From NCBI GenBank assembly GCA_965208575.1, contig CBDBOV010000001.1:1-64000 (forward strand): a stretch of DNA of 64,000 bases. Direction: 5' to 3'. Origin of the DNA: Spirochaetia bacterium (GTDB lineage: Bacteria; Spirochaetota; Spirochaetia; SZUA-6; Bin103). Both the position numbers and the translations under genes were made by a program. The notes below the pieces were generated by a model. The model was not told the DNA's origin. It saw only the letters and a list, made by a program, of their open reading frames with translations, and searched no databases. Below, piece by piece: positions 11,064 through 20,645 of the stretch. The first letter of the stretch is position 1; every line of letters starts with the position of its first letter.

Positions 11064-11102
11064 GTCGCTGCCCACTGCAGCGTAACGGTCTCGGTGGGGC
11101 CG
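11061..11102 (+). repeat. Direct-repeat copy of an internal haloperoxidase segment (945-983)
   Basis: 33-bp core GCCCACTGCAGCGT(C/A)ACGGTCTCGGTGGGGCCG with 1 mismatch, plus shared TAGGTC. Confidence 0.8.
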
Positions 11103-11181
11103 TTTCCGGGCAGCGACTACGTCTGCCGAACCTGGTCGAGCGGCGGGACTCCGTCGCCGACAGGTCCGTACCGCTTGCGTG

Positions 11182-11208
11182 TTGACCGAAATATCACTAT
11201 TATTTCGG
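11182..11208 (+). promoter_or_regulatory. Promoter with palindromic operator for the AbiE-type operon
   Basis: TTGACC overlapping inverted repeat CCGAAATA-N7-TATTTCGG, followed by AAGGAG; AbiEi antitoxins are known to autoregulate via promoter inverted repeats. Confidence 0.6.
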
Positions 11209-11224
11209 ACAAGGAGCACTCCCC

Positions 11225-11824
11225 GTGTCCACCATCGAAGCCATTCGAGCCGGTATAAGGGATCTGCCGAGAGGCAAGCCCTTCACGAGCGCGCACTTTC
11301 TCGAGCACGGCGCACGCGGAAGTGTCGACCGCGCGCTCTCCCGCATGGTTCGAGACGGCTACATCCAGCGTGTCTCACGCGGCGTCTTTGTCCGCCCCAG
11401 AACGAGCCGATTTGTCGGCACGGTCCTTCCCGATGTCCTGGAGGTGGTTGAAGCCATCGCGCGCCGCACTGGCGAGACGGTTCAGATCCACGGCGCGGAA
11501 GCCGCCAGACGGCTCCGGCTCAGTACCCAGGTGCCAACCGCGCCGGTGTTCCTCACTAGCGCCTCGAGCCGTGCGATTCGGGTTGGCAACATCACTGTCA
11601 AGATGATTCACACGTCGAACCGCCGGCGGCTGCAGTTTGCCGGCGAGACGACCGGCCTTGCCCTGTGTGCCCTCTGGTACCTGGGCAAAGACAATGTGAC
11701 TCCCGAGACGGTTTTCACGATCAAGTCGGTGCTGAGCCCGATGGAATTCGAGAAGCTGAGATCGGCCGATATGCCGGCGTGGATGACAACGGCACTAACA
11801 GCCGGCGGACCCCGTGATGGCTGA
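11225..11824 (+). CDS. DUF6088/AbiEi-like type IV TA antitoxin (wHTH)
   Basis: VDRALSRM..G.I.RV.RGVF.RP, GAEAA..L.LSTQVP; directly upstream of an AbiEii-like gene. Confidence 0.8.
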   Translation: MSTIEAIRAGIRDLPRGKPFTSAHFLEHGARGSVDRALSRMVRDGYIQRVSRGVFVRPRTSRFVGTVLPDVLEVVEAIARRTGETVQIHGAEAARRLRLSTQVPTAPVFLTSASSRAIRVGNITVKMIHTSNRRRLQFAGETTGLALCALWYLGKDNVTPETVFTIKSVLSPMEFEKLRSADMPAWMTTALTAGGPRDG

Positions 11825-12457
11825 GGACTTTCTGTCGCTGGATGCCCAAGAGCAAGGCGACATACTCCGCACCGTCGCGGTCCGGTCCGGACGGCCGGCT
11901 GTCATCCTGGAGAAGGACATCTGGGTCTGCTGGGCGCTGCAAGCCGTTTTCTCCATCCCGGACCACCACCCGATGGCCTTCAAGGGCGGCACGTCACTCG
12001 CCAAGGTCTACGGCATCATCGACCGTTTTTCCGAGGACGTGGACATCAGGTGACGGTCCTCTCACCGGCGCGCACCTTCTGGGAGAAGGCCACGCTCGTT
12101 CATGTCGAATGCCACCGGCGCCGGCTGGCGGCCCGTCCCGACCGGCTCTCCCGGCACTGGTTCGACCTTGCACTCATGGGCCGGCACGAGGTCGGCCGCG
12201 CCGCACTCTCCGACCGCGCGCTGCTGAAGGATGTCGTGCGGCACAAGACGGTTTTCTTCAATGCCAGCTACGCCAATTATGACCAGTGTCTGGTTGGTCG
12301 GCTGCGCCTCGTTCCCGACCACGACCAACTCCCGGGCTTGCGATCCGACTATGAGGCCATGCGCGCCGCTCGTGTCGTTGGCTCCGAGGCGCCGGAATTC
12401 GACGTGCTGATCGAACAGATCCGAAGCGTGGAGTCCGACGCCAATCGCCGGACCTGA
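11817..12457 (+). pseudogene. AbiEii/AbiGii nucleotidyltransferase toxin, split (internal deletion and frameshift)
   Basis: N-part (EKDIW, FKGGTSL.K, RFSEDVD) stops at 12053; C-part (RTFWEK, LSRHWFD) starts at 12050 in another frame; the middle of the usual protein appears missing. Confidence 0.8.
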
Positions 12458-12492
12458 GAACGGATCGGGCCGCCCGTCGATGGCGCGCCGGT

Positions 12493-13410
12493 TCAGGCGG
12501 CGGCGAGCTTGCGGAACAGGTCGCGGAAGATCGGGTCGCGGTGCACGAAGCTCGCGTAGCGGACCAGGTGGCGGCGGCGGTCGACACTCCAGGTCACCTG
12601 GTCGGTCAGCACCGGGCTCGGCACCAGCTCGGTCGGCACCCAGGCCGGGTCGAGCAGCCAGGCGATGGTGGCCACGTCCCACAGCACCCGCGACCAGCCG
12701 AAGTGGTCGGCGCGCATCTCCTTGAAGCGGGATGCCAGGAAGGCGCCCAGCTCGCCGTGCGGCGCCACGTGGCGGTCGATCTCCGGGACCGAGGTGTGCA
12801 GGTGGCTGGTCACCCCCATGCACGGCACCAGCACCAGCGGCACGCCGCAGTCGAGCACCACGCGCGCGGCGGGCACGTCCTGGCGCAGGTTGAATTCCCG
12901 CGTGTGGGGCCAGGTGAGGGCGTGGCCGCCCAGCCACACCACCACGATCTTCCCCGCCAGCGCCGGCTCGGCCAGCAGCGCCGAGGCCACGTTGGTGATC
13001 GCCCCGATGGCCACCACGTAGAGTGGGTCGTCGTCAGGGCTGGCCAGGCCGCGGGCGACCAGGTCGCGCACCGCCTCCGACTCGCACGGCTGCCCGCCGC
13101 CGCCCAGGTAGCCGGTGGAGCCGCGGAACGCGAACCCGTCGGCGGAGCGGCCGAGTCGCTCCAGGAGGCGGAGGATCTCCTGGTAGCTCAGCTCCATGCC
13201 GTGCCCCGGCCCGTCGGAGCGCTCGTTGTGGAACGGCGCCGCGTACACCGCCTCCACGGCGAGCCGCTCCGGGGAGAGCAGGGCGTGCACCAGCGCGAAC
13301 TGGTCGTCGGTCTCGTTGTAGGTATCGGTGTCCAGCACCATGCGTACCCGGCCGGCGGGCGGGCGCAGCCGCTCCAGGCGGACGGCGTCGGGGATCTGAG
13401 GGAACGTCAT
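12493..13410 (-). CDS. Inosine/uridine-preferring nucleoside hydrolase family protein
   Basis: DTDTYNETDD motif, IGAITN, EFN, LWD. Confidence 0.88.
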   Translation of the reverse strand: MTFPQIPDAVRLERLRPPAGRVRMVLDTDTYNETDDQFALVHALLSPERLAVEAVYAAPFHNERSDGPGHGMELSYQEILRLLERLGRSADGFAFRGSTGYLGGGGQPCESEAVRDLVARGLASPDDDPLYVVAIGAITNVASALLAEPALAGKIVVVWLGGHALTWPHTREFNLRQDVPAARVVLDCGVPLVLVPCMGVTSHLHTSVPEIDRHVAPHGELGAFLASRFKEMRADHFGWSRVLWDVATIAWLLDPAWVPTELVPSPVLTDQVTWSVDRRRHLVRYASFVHRDPIFRDLFRKLAAA

Positions 13411-13673
13411 GTCGAGCCGCATCCTACCGCCCGTCCGCGCCTCAAGGCCAGCCGACTCCAGCCGACTCCCCGGCCGGCGCGTCCCAGCTCCTGACGGTGC
13501 CCGGCTATTTGCGGATCGTCTCCACGTCGTGCAGAAGATCCGACGTCGGCAGAAACGGGCCTCTGCTCGGACTCGCCAGGACTTGCCGGACTCGCCGGGG
13601 TCCGTTGCACCTGGCGCCTTGGAGACGATAGAGTCAGTGTCTGGCTGCCGTACGGCTGCCTCGGGCTACGGTA

Positions 13674-15467
13674 GTGAGCACGCCACCCACACACCCGCGC
13701 ATTCCCTACGGCGAGGCCGACTTCCGGCGCATCCGCCTGAACCGGTGGCTGTACGTCGACAAGACCCGCTTCCTGCGCCGCCTGGAGCAGGAACGCTACG
13801 CCTTTCTGATCCGCCCGCGCCGGTTCGGCAAGTCGCTGTGGATATCGCTGCTGGAGAACTACTACGACCGCTTCTGGGCGGACGACTTCGAGGCCACCTT
13901 CGGCGGCACCGACATCGGGCGGGATCCAACCGGGGAACAGAGCCGCTACGTCACCCTGCGCTTCAACTTCTCGGCGGTCAACGACAAGCTGGAGACCCTG
14001 GAGCGGGAGTTCGAGACCTACTGCATGATCGAACTCCGGGGCACGCTGCGGCGGCATCCCGACCTGTTTCCCGAAGCGGCGATGCGGGACATCCTGGCGC
14101 CGCCCTCCATCGCCACCAAGCTCTCCGAGTTGTTCCGGTACGCCGGCGACCATGACATCCCGCTGTACGTGCTGATCGACGAGTACGACAACTTCGCCAA
14201 CACCGTGCTGGCGTACCACGGCGCCGAGGCGTACCACTCCGTTACGCACGGTGGCGGCTTCTACCGCAACTTCTTCGCCGCCCTGAAGTCCGGCGCGGAC
14301 CGCAGCGGCGGCGGTCTGGAGCGCCTGTTCATCACCGGCGTGTCGCCGATCACCATGGACGACGTGACCAGCGGCTTCAACATCGGCAAGAACATCAGCC
14401 TGCACCCGGACTTCAACGAGATGGTCGGCTTCACCATGCAGGAGGTGCGTCACCTGGTGGAGACCTACCGGGAGCTGGGCGTGTTCAACCAGGAGGTCGC
14501 TACCGCCATGGGCACAATGGGCGAGTGGTACAACGGCTACCGATTCGCGAGGACCGCCGACACCGACCTGTACAACTCCGACATGGTGCTCTACTACTTG
14601 GACAACTCGATCCCGAACCGAGAGGTACCGGAATACCTGATCGACACCAACGTACGCATCGACTACGGCAAGCTGCGCCACCTGCTGGTGACCGGGCGGC
14701 AGCTCAACGGCAACTTCGACCTGTTGCGCGACGTCATCGCCGAGGAGCAGGTGGATACTCGCATCCAGCCCGGCTTTCCGCTCAAGGACCTCACCAAGCG
14801 GGAGAATTTCCTGTCCCTGATGCACTACTTCGGGCTGCTGAGCATCCGTGACGTGCAGGGCGTGATGCCGCGGCTGGCGATCCCGAACCAGACCGTGAAG
14901 CGGCTGATGTACGGCTACCTGCGCGACGCCTACCGCGACGTGGAGGTGTTTTCGGTCGACCTGTTCCGGTTCGAGCAGTTGATGCTTCGGATGGCGACCG
15001 AGGGCGAATGGCGGCCGGTGCTGGAGTTCCTGAGCGAGGCGATCGCGCGGCAGACGGGAATCCGCGACTACATCGCCGGCGAGAAGGTAATACAGGGCTT
15101 TCTGGCCGCCTATCTGAGCGTGGCCGACTACTACGTGTTTCGCTCGGAGGCGGAACTGGGCAAGGGCCATGCGGACATCGCGCTGGAGCCGCTGGTGGCC
15201 CGCTACCCGCAACTGCAACGCGGCTACCTGATCGAGCTGAAGTACCTCAGTCGCCGTGGGGGACTTCAGCGCTCCGAGCGTTCTCAGGGCGGCGAGTCGG
15301 CGGACGACGCCGGCGTGGCGGCGGCGGTCCGTGAGGCGACGGCGCAACTGGAGCGCTACCTGGCGGACGAGCGGCTGGCGCGGCAGTTCCCGGGGGTGCG
15401 CTTCATCGGCCTGATCGTGGTGTTCCACGGCTGGGAGCTGGTGTTCTGCGACGCCGTGCAGCGGTGA
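13674..15467 (+). CDS. AAA-ATPase-like protein with C-terminal PD-(D/E)XK nuclease domain
   Basis: YVDKT, RPRRFGKS, LIDEYD, FITGV, WYNGY; C-terminal E..GHADI...IELKY. Confidence 0.9.
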   Translation: MSTPPTHPRIPYGEADFRRIRLNRWLYVDKTRFLRRLEQERYAFLIRPRRFGKSLWISLLENYYDRFWADDFEATFGGTDIGRDPTGEQSRYVTLRFNFSAVNDKLETLEREFETYCMIELRGTLRRHPDLFPEAAMRDILAPPSIATKLSELFRYAGDHDIPLYVLIDEYDNFANTVLAYHGAEAYHSVTHGGGFYRNFFAALKSGADRSGGGLERLFITGVSPITMDDVTSGFNIGKNISLHPDFNEMVGFTMQEVRHLVETYRELGVFNQEVATAMGTMGEWYNGYRFARTADTDLYNSDMVLYYLDNSIPNREVPEYLIDTNVRIDYGKLRHLLVTGRQLNGNFDLLRDVIAEEQVDTRIQPGFPLKDLTKRENFLSLMHYFGLLSIRDVQGVMPRLAIPNQTVKRLMYGYLRDAYRDVEVFSVDLFRFEQLMLRMATEGEWRPVLEFLSEAIARQTGIRDYIAGEKVIQGFLAAYLSVADYYVFRSEAELGKGHADIALEPLVARYPQLQRGYLIELKYLSRRGGLQRSERSQGGESADDAGVAAAVREATAQLERYLADERLARQFPGVRFIGLIVVFHGWELVFCDAVQR

Positions 15468-15684
15468 CCACTTCCCATCGCCGAATGTGTCGCTCAAGTG
15501 TACAGCCGGCACATGATCGGAGCCAACTTGACGGATCATTCGGCGCGTGCAACCATGGCACAAGAGGGAGGCGGACAGGTGCGCACGCTGCACCCCTGCA
15601 TCTGCCGTTTCGACGCGGACACCGATGCGCGCGCAGGCGGCCGGCGCATACGGGCAAGGAGGTGCGGATGTAGCTCAACACCGA

Positions 15685-15773
15685 GTGCCCTGGTCCGAAA
15701 AAGCCGGCCGGCGGGCGATGCTTGCGTATCGTTTTTCATCGTCTTCGCTGTCACGGAGTGACCGTACAGACTC
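15685..15773 (+). repeat. Dispersed ~89-bp repeat, copy B (leader of SBP gene 2)
   Basis: GTGCCCTGGTCCGAAAAAGCCGGCCGGCGGG...GTCACGGAGTGACCGTACAGACTC. Confidence 0.9.
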
Positions 15774-15865
15774 TCGCCTTACTGGTAACCGGCCTCGAAG
15801 CCGGACTTCGAGAGCGGGCGAGGGAGCAGTTTCGCCGCGTGCTCTCGAACAAGGAGAGAACCCTC

Positions 15866-17680
15866 ATGAGATTCGCAACGTGCCGAACGTGTCTGGCCGT
15901 GCTGGCCGGTCTCGTTCTTGCCGCGACCGGCCTGTGGGCGGCTGCCGAGGCAGAGCAGCCGGCGACCCGGGCCGACAAGGAGTACGTGACCGACCCGGTC
16001 ACCGGCAAGACGGTGGTCGCGCCGCAGTACGGCGGCACCATTACCCAGGTCCTGAAGCACAACGTCGACCGCGACCCCGACCCCTACAGTGGCGGCGGCG
16101 GCTCGCTCTACATCACCAGCGGCGTGCTGGAGAAGCTGGGCATGGTGGACTGGGCAATAGACCGGAACACCTATCCCTTTCTGACCGGCTACCAGGCGCC
16201 CCTGTACGCCCTGACCGGGGCACTCGCCGAGCGCTGGGAGCAGCCGGACGCCACGACCTTCGTGTTCCACGTCCGGCAGGGCGTTCACTGGCATGACAAG
16301 CCCCCGGTGAACGGGCGGGAAGTCACGGCCGATGACGTAGCGTATTCCTACCACCGCCTGATAGGGAACAGGCTGACCGGGACCGAGTTCAGTGACGCCG
16401 ACCCTTCGCCCGGTGCGGGCAACCTCTCGGGTCTGCCTTGGGAATCGGTGGAGGCCACCGACAAGTGGACCGTGGTAATGAAAATAACCGAGCCGAAAGT
16501 TGTTGCCCTGGGTACGATCCTGGACTGGTACAGCATTGCCATCCATCCGCGTGAGGTGATCGACGAGTACGGCAACATGTCGGATTGGAGGAACGTGGTC
16601 GGCACCGGGCCCTACATGATCACGGACGTGGTTCCGCAAGTGTCGATAACCTGGACCAAAAATCCCAACTACTGGGGCTACGACGAGAAGTACCCCGACA
16701 ACCGCCTGCCCTACATCGACGAGATGAAGGGCCTTGAAATAAACGAAGTGGCCACCATGCTGGCCGGCCTGCGTTCCGGCAAGATCGACTTCATCGGTTG
16801 GCCGGGCGCCTCGCAATTGAACGTCATCGACCAGGCGGTGAGTCTCCAGGAGACCAACCCTGAACTCGTCATACACACCTGGTCGGAGCGGTCGAATGCA
16901 GCTCACATGATGAACATGACCCGACCGCTGTTCGCCGACGTCAGGGTGCGCCACGCGATGCAGATGGCGCTGGACCTGGAGGCGATGAACGATACCTACT
17001 TTCGAGGATACGGAGATACGATACCCCGGGGGATGGTCGGCAGGGAATTCAGGGAGGCGATGACTCCATTCGAGGAGTGGCCCGAAGAGCTCAAGCAGTA
17101 CTACCGGTATGACCCGGAAGGGGCGGAAGCGTTGCTTGACGAGGCGGGATATCCGCGCGGCGCCGACGGCATGAGGTTCAAGGCCAGCTATATCCACTTC
17201 CCGCGCTTCGACGTGAGCTGGGTAGAACTATGCGCCGCGTACTGGCGTGAGATTGGCGTCGACGTGGTCATCGATACACCCACCTACGCCGAATACAGCG
17301 CCAGACAGGCGGCACTCGATTTTGATCTGGTGCACAGCGTAGCGGGAGTCAAGGCCGATCCACTCGGTCAGCTCGGCAATTTCAGGACGGACCATGCATG
17401 GAACCGTAATGGATACTCCGACGCGGAATTCGACGCCTTGTTCGACGCCCGCGAAGCCTCTGCGAGCATAGACGAGGCGTATGCGCTGAGCAAGGAATTG
17501 GACATGCTTGTCGTACAGAACCACTGGATCATCTGGGGGCCGTTGGGCCCGGCGTTCACCGTGCACCAGCCGTGGGTGATCGGCTACAACGCCGAGGGCG
17601 GCTTCGGCGGTATGCAGAACATGGTCGTGTTCTCCCGCCTCTGGATCGACCAGGAGCTGAAAACGGAGATGGGCCATTAG
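15866..17680 (+). CDS. ABC substrate-binding protein, family 5
   Basis: AAGGAG RBS, signal peptide, PQYGG, GVHWHDK, GTGPY, LPYID. Confidence 0.92.
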   Translation: MRFATCRTCLAVLAGLVLAATGLWAAAEAEQPATRADKEYVTDPVTGKTVVAPQYGGTITQVLKHNVDRDPDPYSGGGGSLYITSGVLEKLGMVDWAIDRNTYPFLTGYQAPLYALTGALAERWEQPDATTFVFHVRQGVHWHDKPPVNGREVTADDVAYSYHRLIGNRLTGTEFSDADPSPGAGNLSGLPWESVEATDKWTVVMKITEPKVVALGTILDWYSIAIHPREVIDEYGNMSDWRNVVGTGPYMITDVVPQVSITWTKNPNYWGYDEKYPDNRLPYIDEMKGLEINEVATMLAGLRSGKIDFIGWPGASQLNVIDQAVSLQETNPELVIHTWSERSNAAHMMNMTRPLFADVRVRHAMQMALDLEAMNDTYFRGYGDTIPRGMVGREFREAMTPFEEWPEELKQYYRYDPEGAEALLDEAGYPRGADGMRFKASYIHFPRFDVSWVELCAAYWREIGVDVVIDTPTYAEYSARQAALDFDLVHSVAGVKADPLGQLGNFRTDHAWNRNGYSDAEFDALFDAREASASIDEAYALSKELDMLVVQNHWIIWGPLGPAFTVHQPWVIGYNAEGGFGGMQNMVVFSRLWIDQELKTEMGH

Positions 17681-17733
17681 CGCCCCGAAACCGCCGCCTG
17701 CGGCGACGCTTCCGGCCCAACCGGCCTGCCTAG
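17677..17733 (+). repeat. 57-bp inverted repeat, left arm (pairs with 19747-19803)
   Basis: 55/57 identical to the reverse complement of 19747-19803. Confidence 0.9.
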
Positions 17734-17764
17734 GAGGCTGTCGGAATCCGACAGCCTCCTAGGC
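17728..17764. repeat. Perfect 37-bp palindrome bounded by CTAG (possible collapsed IS/MITE ends)
   Basis: GCCTAGGAGGCTGTCGGA-A-TCCGACAGCCTCCTAGGC, 18-bp arms. Confidence 0.85.
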
Positions 17765-17798
17765 GCTAAGACCGTCCGTTGAGATTGTCTGTTTGTAC

Positions 17799-17832
17799 GG
17801 GGGCTGGGGGCGCACGCCTTCAGCCCCTTTTT
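17799..17832 (+). terminator. Intrinsic terminator-like hairpin upstream of the permease
   Basis: GGGGGCTG..GGCG / CGCC..CAGCCCCC followed by TTTTT. Confidence 0.6.
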
Positions 17833-17875
17833 GCTATGCTGATCCAGCGAGCCGGCGCACCATGAGAGCTGTCGC

Positions 17876-18832
17876 GTGAGAGCCTATATCATCAGGCGGT
17901 TGTTGCTGCTGATCCCGACCCTGTGGATCGTCAGCGTCATCGTCTTTCTGCTGGTCCGGTTCCTGCCGGGCGACGTGCTGGACCTGATCGAGTCGCAGTT
18001 CGAAGCCATGAACATGCAGATCGACCGCGAGGCGTTCATGCGCATGCTCGGCCTGGACGTGCCGGTGCACGTGCAGTACGGGCGCTGGATGGAGGGCATC
18101 CTGCTGCGCGGCACCCTCGGCAAGTCGCTGTTCGGGGACTTCGCGGTGGAGGAGCGCATCCTGGCCGCCCTGCCGGTGACCATGCAGCTCGGCGTGATCT
18201 CGCTGGTGATCGCGCAGGTGATCGCGCTGCCGGTCGGCATCTACTCGGCGATGCGCCAGGACACGGCCGCCGACTACGCGGGCCGCACCATCGCCGTGAT
18301 CGGCCTGGCCACGCCGAACTTCTGGCTGGGCATCATGGTGATGATCTTCCCGGCGATCTGGTGGGGCTGGTCGCCGCCGATGGAGTGGGTTCCGTTCGCC
18401 AAGGACCCGGCCGGGAACGTCGCCATGTTCATCATTCCGAGCCTGATCCTGGGCACGGCGCTGTCGGCGACCACCATGCGCATGACGCGCACCATGATGC
18501 TGGAGGTGCTGCGCCAGGACTACGTCAGGACCGCCTGGTCCAAGGGGCTGAAGGAGCAGGCGGTGGTGGTGCGCCACGCGCTCAAGAACGCGTTCATTCC
18601 GATCGTCACCCTGATCGGCGCACAGTTGCCGATCCTGGTGGGGGGCTCGGTGATCATGGAGAACATCTTCAACCTGCCCGGGCTGGGGCGCCTGACCGTG
18701 ACCGCGCTGACCAGCCGCGACTACCCGCTGGTGTCCGGCGTCAACCTGTTCTTCGCCGCCGCCGTGATGCTGAACAACCTGGTGATCGACCTGGTGTACG
18801 CGTTCCTGGACCCGCGCGTGCGGTACAGTTAG
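17876..18832 (+). CDS. ABC permease, DppB-like
   Basis: LPGD, DYVRTAWSKG, DPRVRY. Confidence 0.93.
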   Translation: MRAYIIRRLLLLIPTLWIVSVIVFLLVRFLPGDVLDLIESQFEAMNMQIDREAFMRMLGLDVPVHVQYGRWMEGILLRGTLGKSLFGDFAVEERILAALPVTMQLGVISLVIAQVIALPVGIYSAMRQDTAADYAGRTIAVIGLATPNFWLGIMVMIFPAIWWGWSPPMEWVPFAKDPAGNVAMFIIPSLILGTALSATTMRMTRTMMLEVLRQDYVRTAWSKGLKEQAVVVRHALKNAFIPIVTLIGAQLPILVGGSVIMENIFNLPGLGRLTVTALTSRDYPLVSGVNLFFAAAVMLNNLVIDLVYAFLDPRVRYS

Positions 18833-19750
18833 ATGAGCCGCGCCACGGATACATCTACATCGTCGGCACGGGCGGAGCCGCGGCGGCGCAACGCGTTCGC
18901 GGAGTTCTTCGTCCGGCTGTGGCGGGAGAAGCCGCTCGGCAGCGCCTGCGGCATCGTGGTGCTGCTGCTGATCCTGGTGGCGATCTTCGCCGACGCGCTG
19001 GCGCCCTATCCGTCGTTCGAGGTGCACCCGGTGGACCGGCTCAGCGGCGCGACGCTGCGCTACCTGCTGGGCACCGACCAGTTGGGGCGCGACCTGTTGA
19101 GCCGCCTGATCTACGGGGCGCGGCTGTCGCTGTTCGTCGGGCTGACGGCGACCGCGCTGAACGTGGCGGTGGCGGTGCTGATCGGGGTCACCTCGGGATT
19201 CTTCGGCGGCAAGCTGGACCTCTTCGTGCAGCGGTTCGTCGATGCCTGGATGGCGTTTCCCGGCTTGCTGATACTGCTCACCGTCATGTCGATCGCCGGC
19301 AAGGGGTTGCTGCAGATCATCCTGGTGCTGGGCATATCGGGCGGCATCGGCGGCTCGCGCATCACCCGCAGCGCGGTGATCGCGGTCAAGGAGAGCGCCT
19401 TCTTTCAGGCCGCGGACGCGATCGGCTGCTCGAAGTGGACGGTGCTGGTGCGCCACGTGCTGCCCAACATCGCGGCGCCGGTGATCGTGATCTTCAGCAT
19501 CAACATCGGCGGCGTGATCATCTCGGAAGCGTCGTTGAGCTTCCTGGGGTTCGGCCTGCCGGTGCACGTGCCGAGCTGGGGCGGCATGCTGAGCCGCGAG
19601 GGCCGGGTGTACATGGAGATGGCGCCCTGGCTGGCGATCTGGCCGGGGGTATGCCTGACCATCGTGGTGTACAGCCTCAACATGTTCGGCGACGCCGTCC
19701 GCGACCTGCTCGACCCCCGCCTCAAGGGCGGCACCGGCAGCTTCGGCTAG
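18833..19750 (+). CDS. ABC permease, DppC-like
   Basis: LGTDQLGRD, EASLSFLGFG, GDAVRDLLDP. Confidence 0.93.
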   Translation: MSRATDTSTSSARAEPRRRNAFAEFFVRLWREKPLGSACGIVVLLLILVAIFADALAPYPSFEVHPVDRLSGATLRYLLGTDQLGRDLLSRLIYGARLSLFVGLTATALNVAVAVLIGVTSGFFGGKLDLFVQRFVDAWMAFPGLLILLTVMSIAGKGLLQIILVLGISGGIGGSRITRSAVIAVKESAFFQAADAIGCSKWTVLVRHVLPNIAAPVIVIFSINIGGVIISEASLSFLGFGLPVHVPSWGGMLSREGRVYMEMAPWLAIWPGVCLTIVVYSLNMFGDAVRDLLDPRLKGGTGSFG

Positions 19751-19803
19751 GCAGGCCGGTTGGGCCGGAGGCGTCGCCGCAGGCGGTGGTTTCGGGGCGC
19801 TAA
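19747..19803 (-). repeat. 57-bp inverted repeat, right arm
   Basis: Fills the entire gap between the convergent permease and LRR stop codons. Confidence 0.9.
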
Positions 19804-20597
19804 TACTGGTGTTGCCTGACGAACTCGACCTTGACGCCCCGCTCTTCGAGCTGCTCGATGGCGGCGCCCGCGGCCTCCTCGTCGAGTTCGTTCTGCGCCA
19901 GATTCAAGGTGTCGCCCTCGGACAGCCCGGTGTTCTCCAACAGGGGCGAGACGTCGCTGATCTGGTTCTGCGGCAGCATCAGTTCGGTCAGGTTGGTCAG
20001 GCCGGCGAGCGGCGAGATGTCGCTGATCTCGTTGCGCGCGAGGTCGAGCTCGGTGAGGCTGGTCAGGGAAGCCAGGGGCGAAATGTCGCTGATCCGGTTC
20101 CAGCGCAGGTTGAGCGTGGTGAGGTTGGTGAGGGAAGCGAGCGCCGAGATGTCGCTGATTTCGTTCCGCTTCAGGTTGAGGTGGGTCAGACCGGTCAGGG
20201 CAGCCAGCTCCGAGATGTCGGTCAGGCGGCTCTCCTCGATCCGCAGCCTGGTCAGGTTGGGGAAGCGGGCCAGAAACGACAGGTCTACCTGGGTGTGGTG
20301 GAACTCGAGCGTGGCGAGGTTGGTGGCATGCTCCAGTCCGGTGAGGTCCATCGCTCCCAGGGAGGAGGTGGTGAGTGAGGTGATCGATTCCAGGTCGGCG
20401 GCGGTGATGGGATCCTCGAACTTGCCGATGGTCTGCCTGACGACGCGCTCCAGGGCCTCGTCGGGAATGCTCACCCCGCCATCCTTCTCGTCGGAGCCGC
20501 AGCCGGCAAGCGCGAGCGTCATCCCCAGGACAACGAACGGTCCCAGCAATCTACTCGCCACCGATACCATCGAAATCGTGTCCGCGCCGCTCATCAC
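19800..20597 (-). CDS. Leucine-rich repeat lipoprotein (internalin-like)
   Basis: LAGC lipobox; 22-aa repeats LT.L.L..N.ISDIS.LA.LT. Confidence 0.9.
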   Translation of the reverse strand: MMSGADTISMVSVASRLLGPFVVLGMTLALAGCGSDEKDGGVSIPDEALERVVRQTIGKFEDPITAADLESITSLTTSSLGAMDLTGLEHATNLATLEFHHTQVDLSFLARFPNLTRLRIEESRLTDISELAALTGLTHLNLKRNEISDISALASLTNLTTLNLRWNRISDISPLASLTSLTELDLARNEISDISPLAGLTNLTELMLPQNQISDVSPLLENTGLSEGDTLNLAQNELDEEAAGAAIEQLEERGVKVEFVRQHQY

Positions 20598-20645
20598 CGT
20601 TCGATAGTATGCCGGCGCCCGTTCCCGGTCAACGAAGCCGGGACG

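Noticed and set aside
15664-15680. GCGGATGTAGCTCAAC resembles a tRNA 5' end
   Set aside because: No D-loop GG, anticodon arm or TTCGA T-loop follows.
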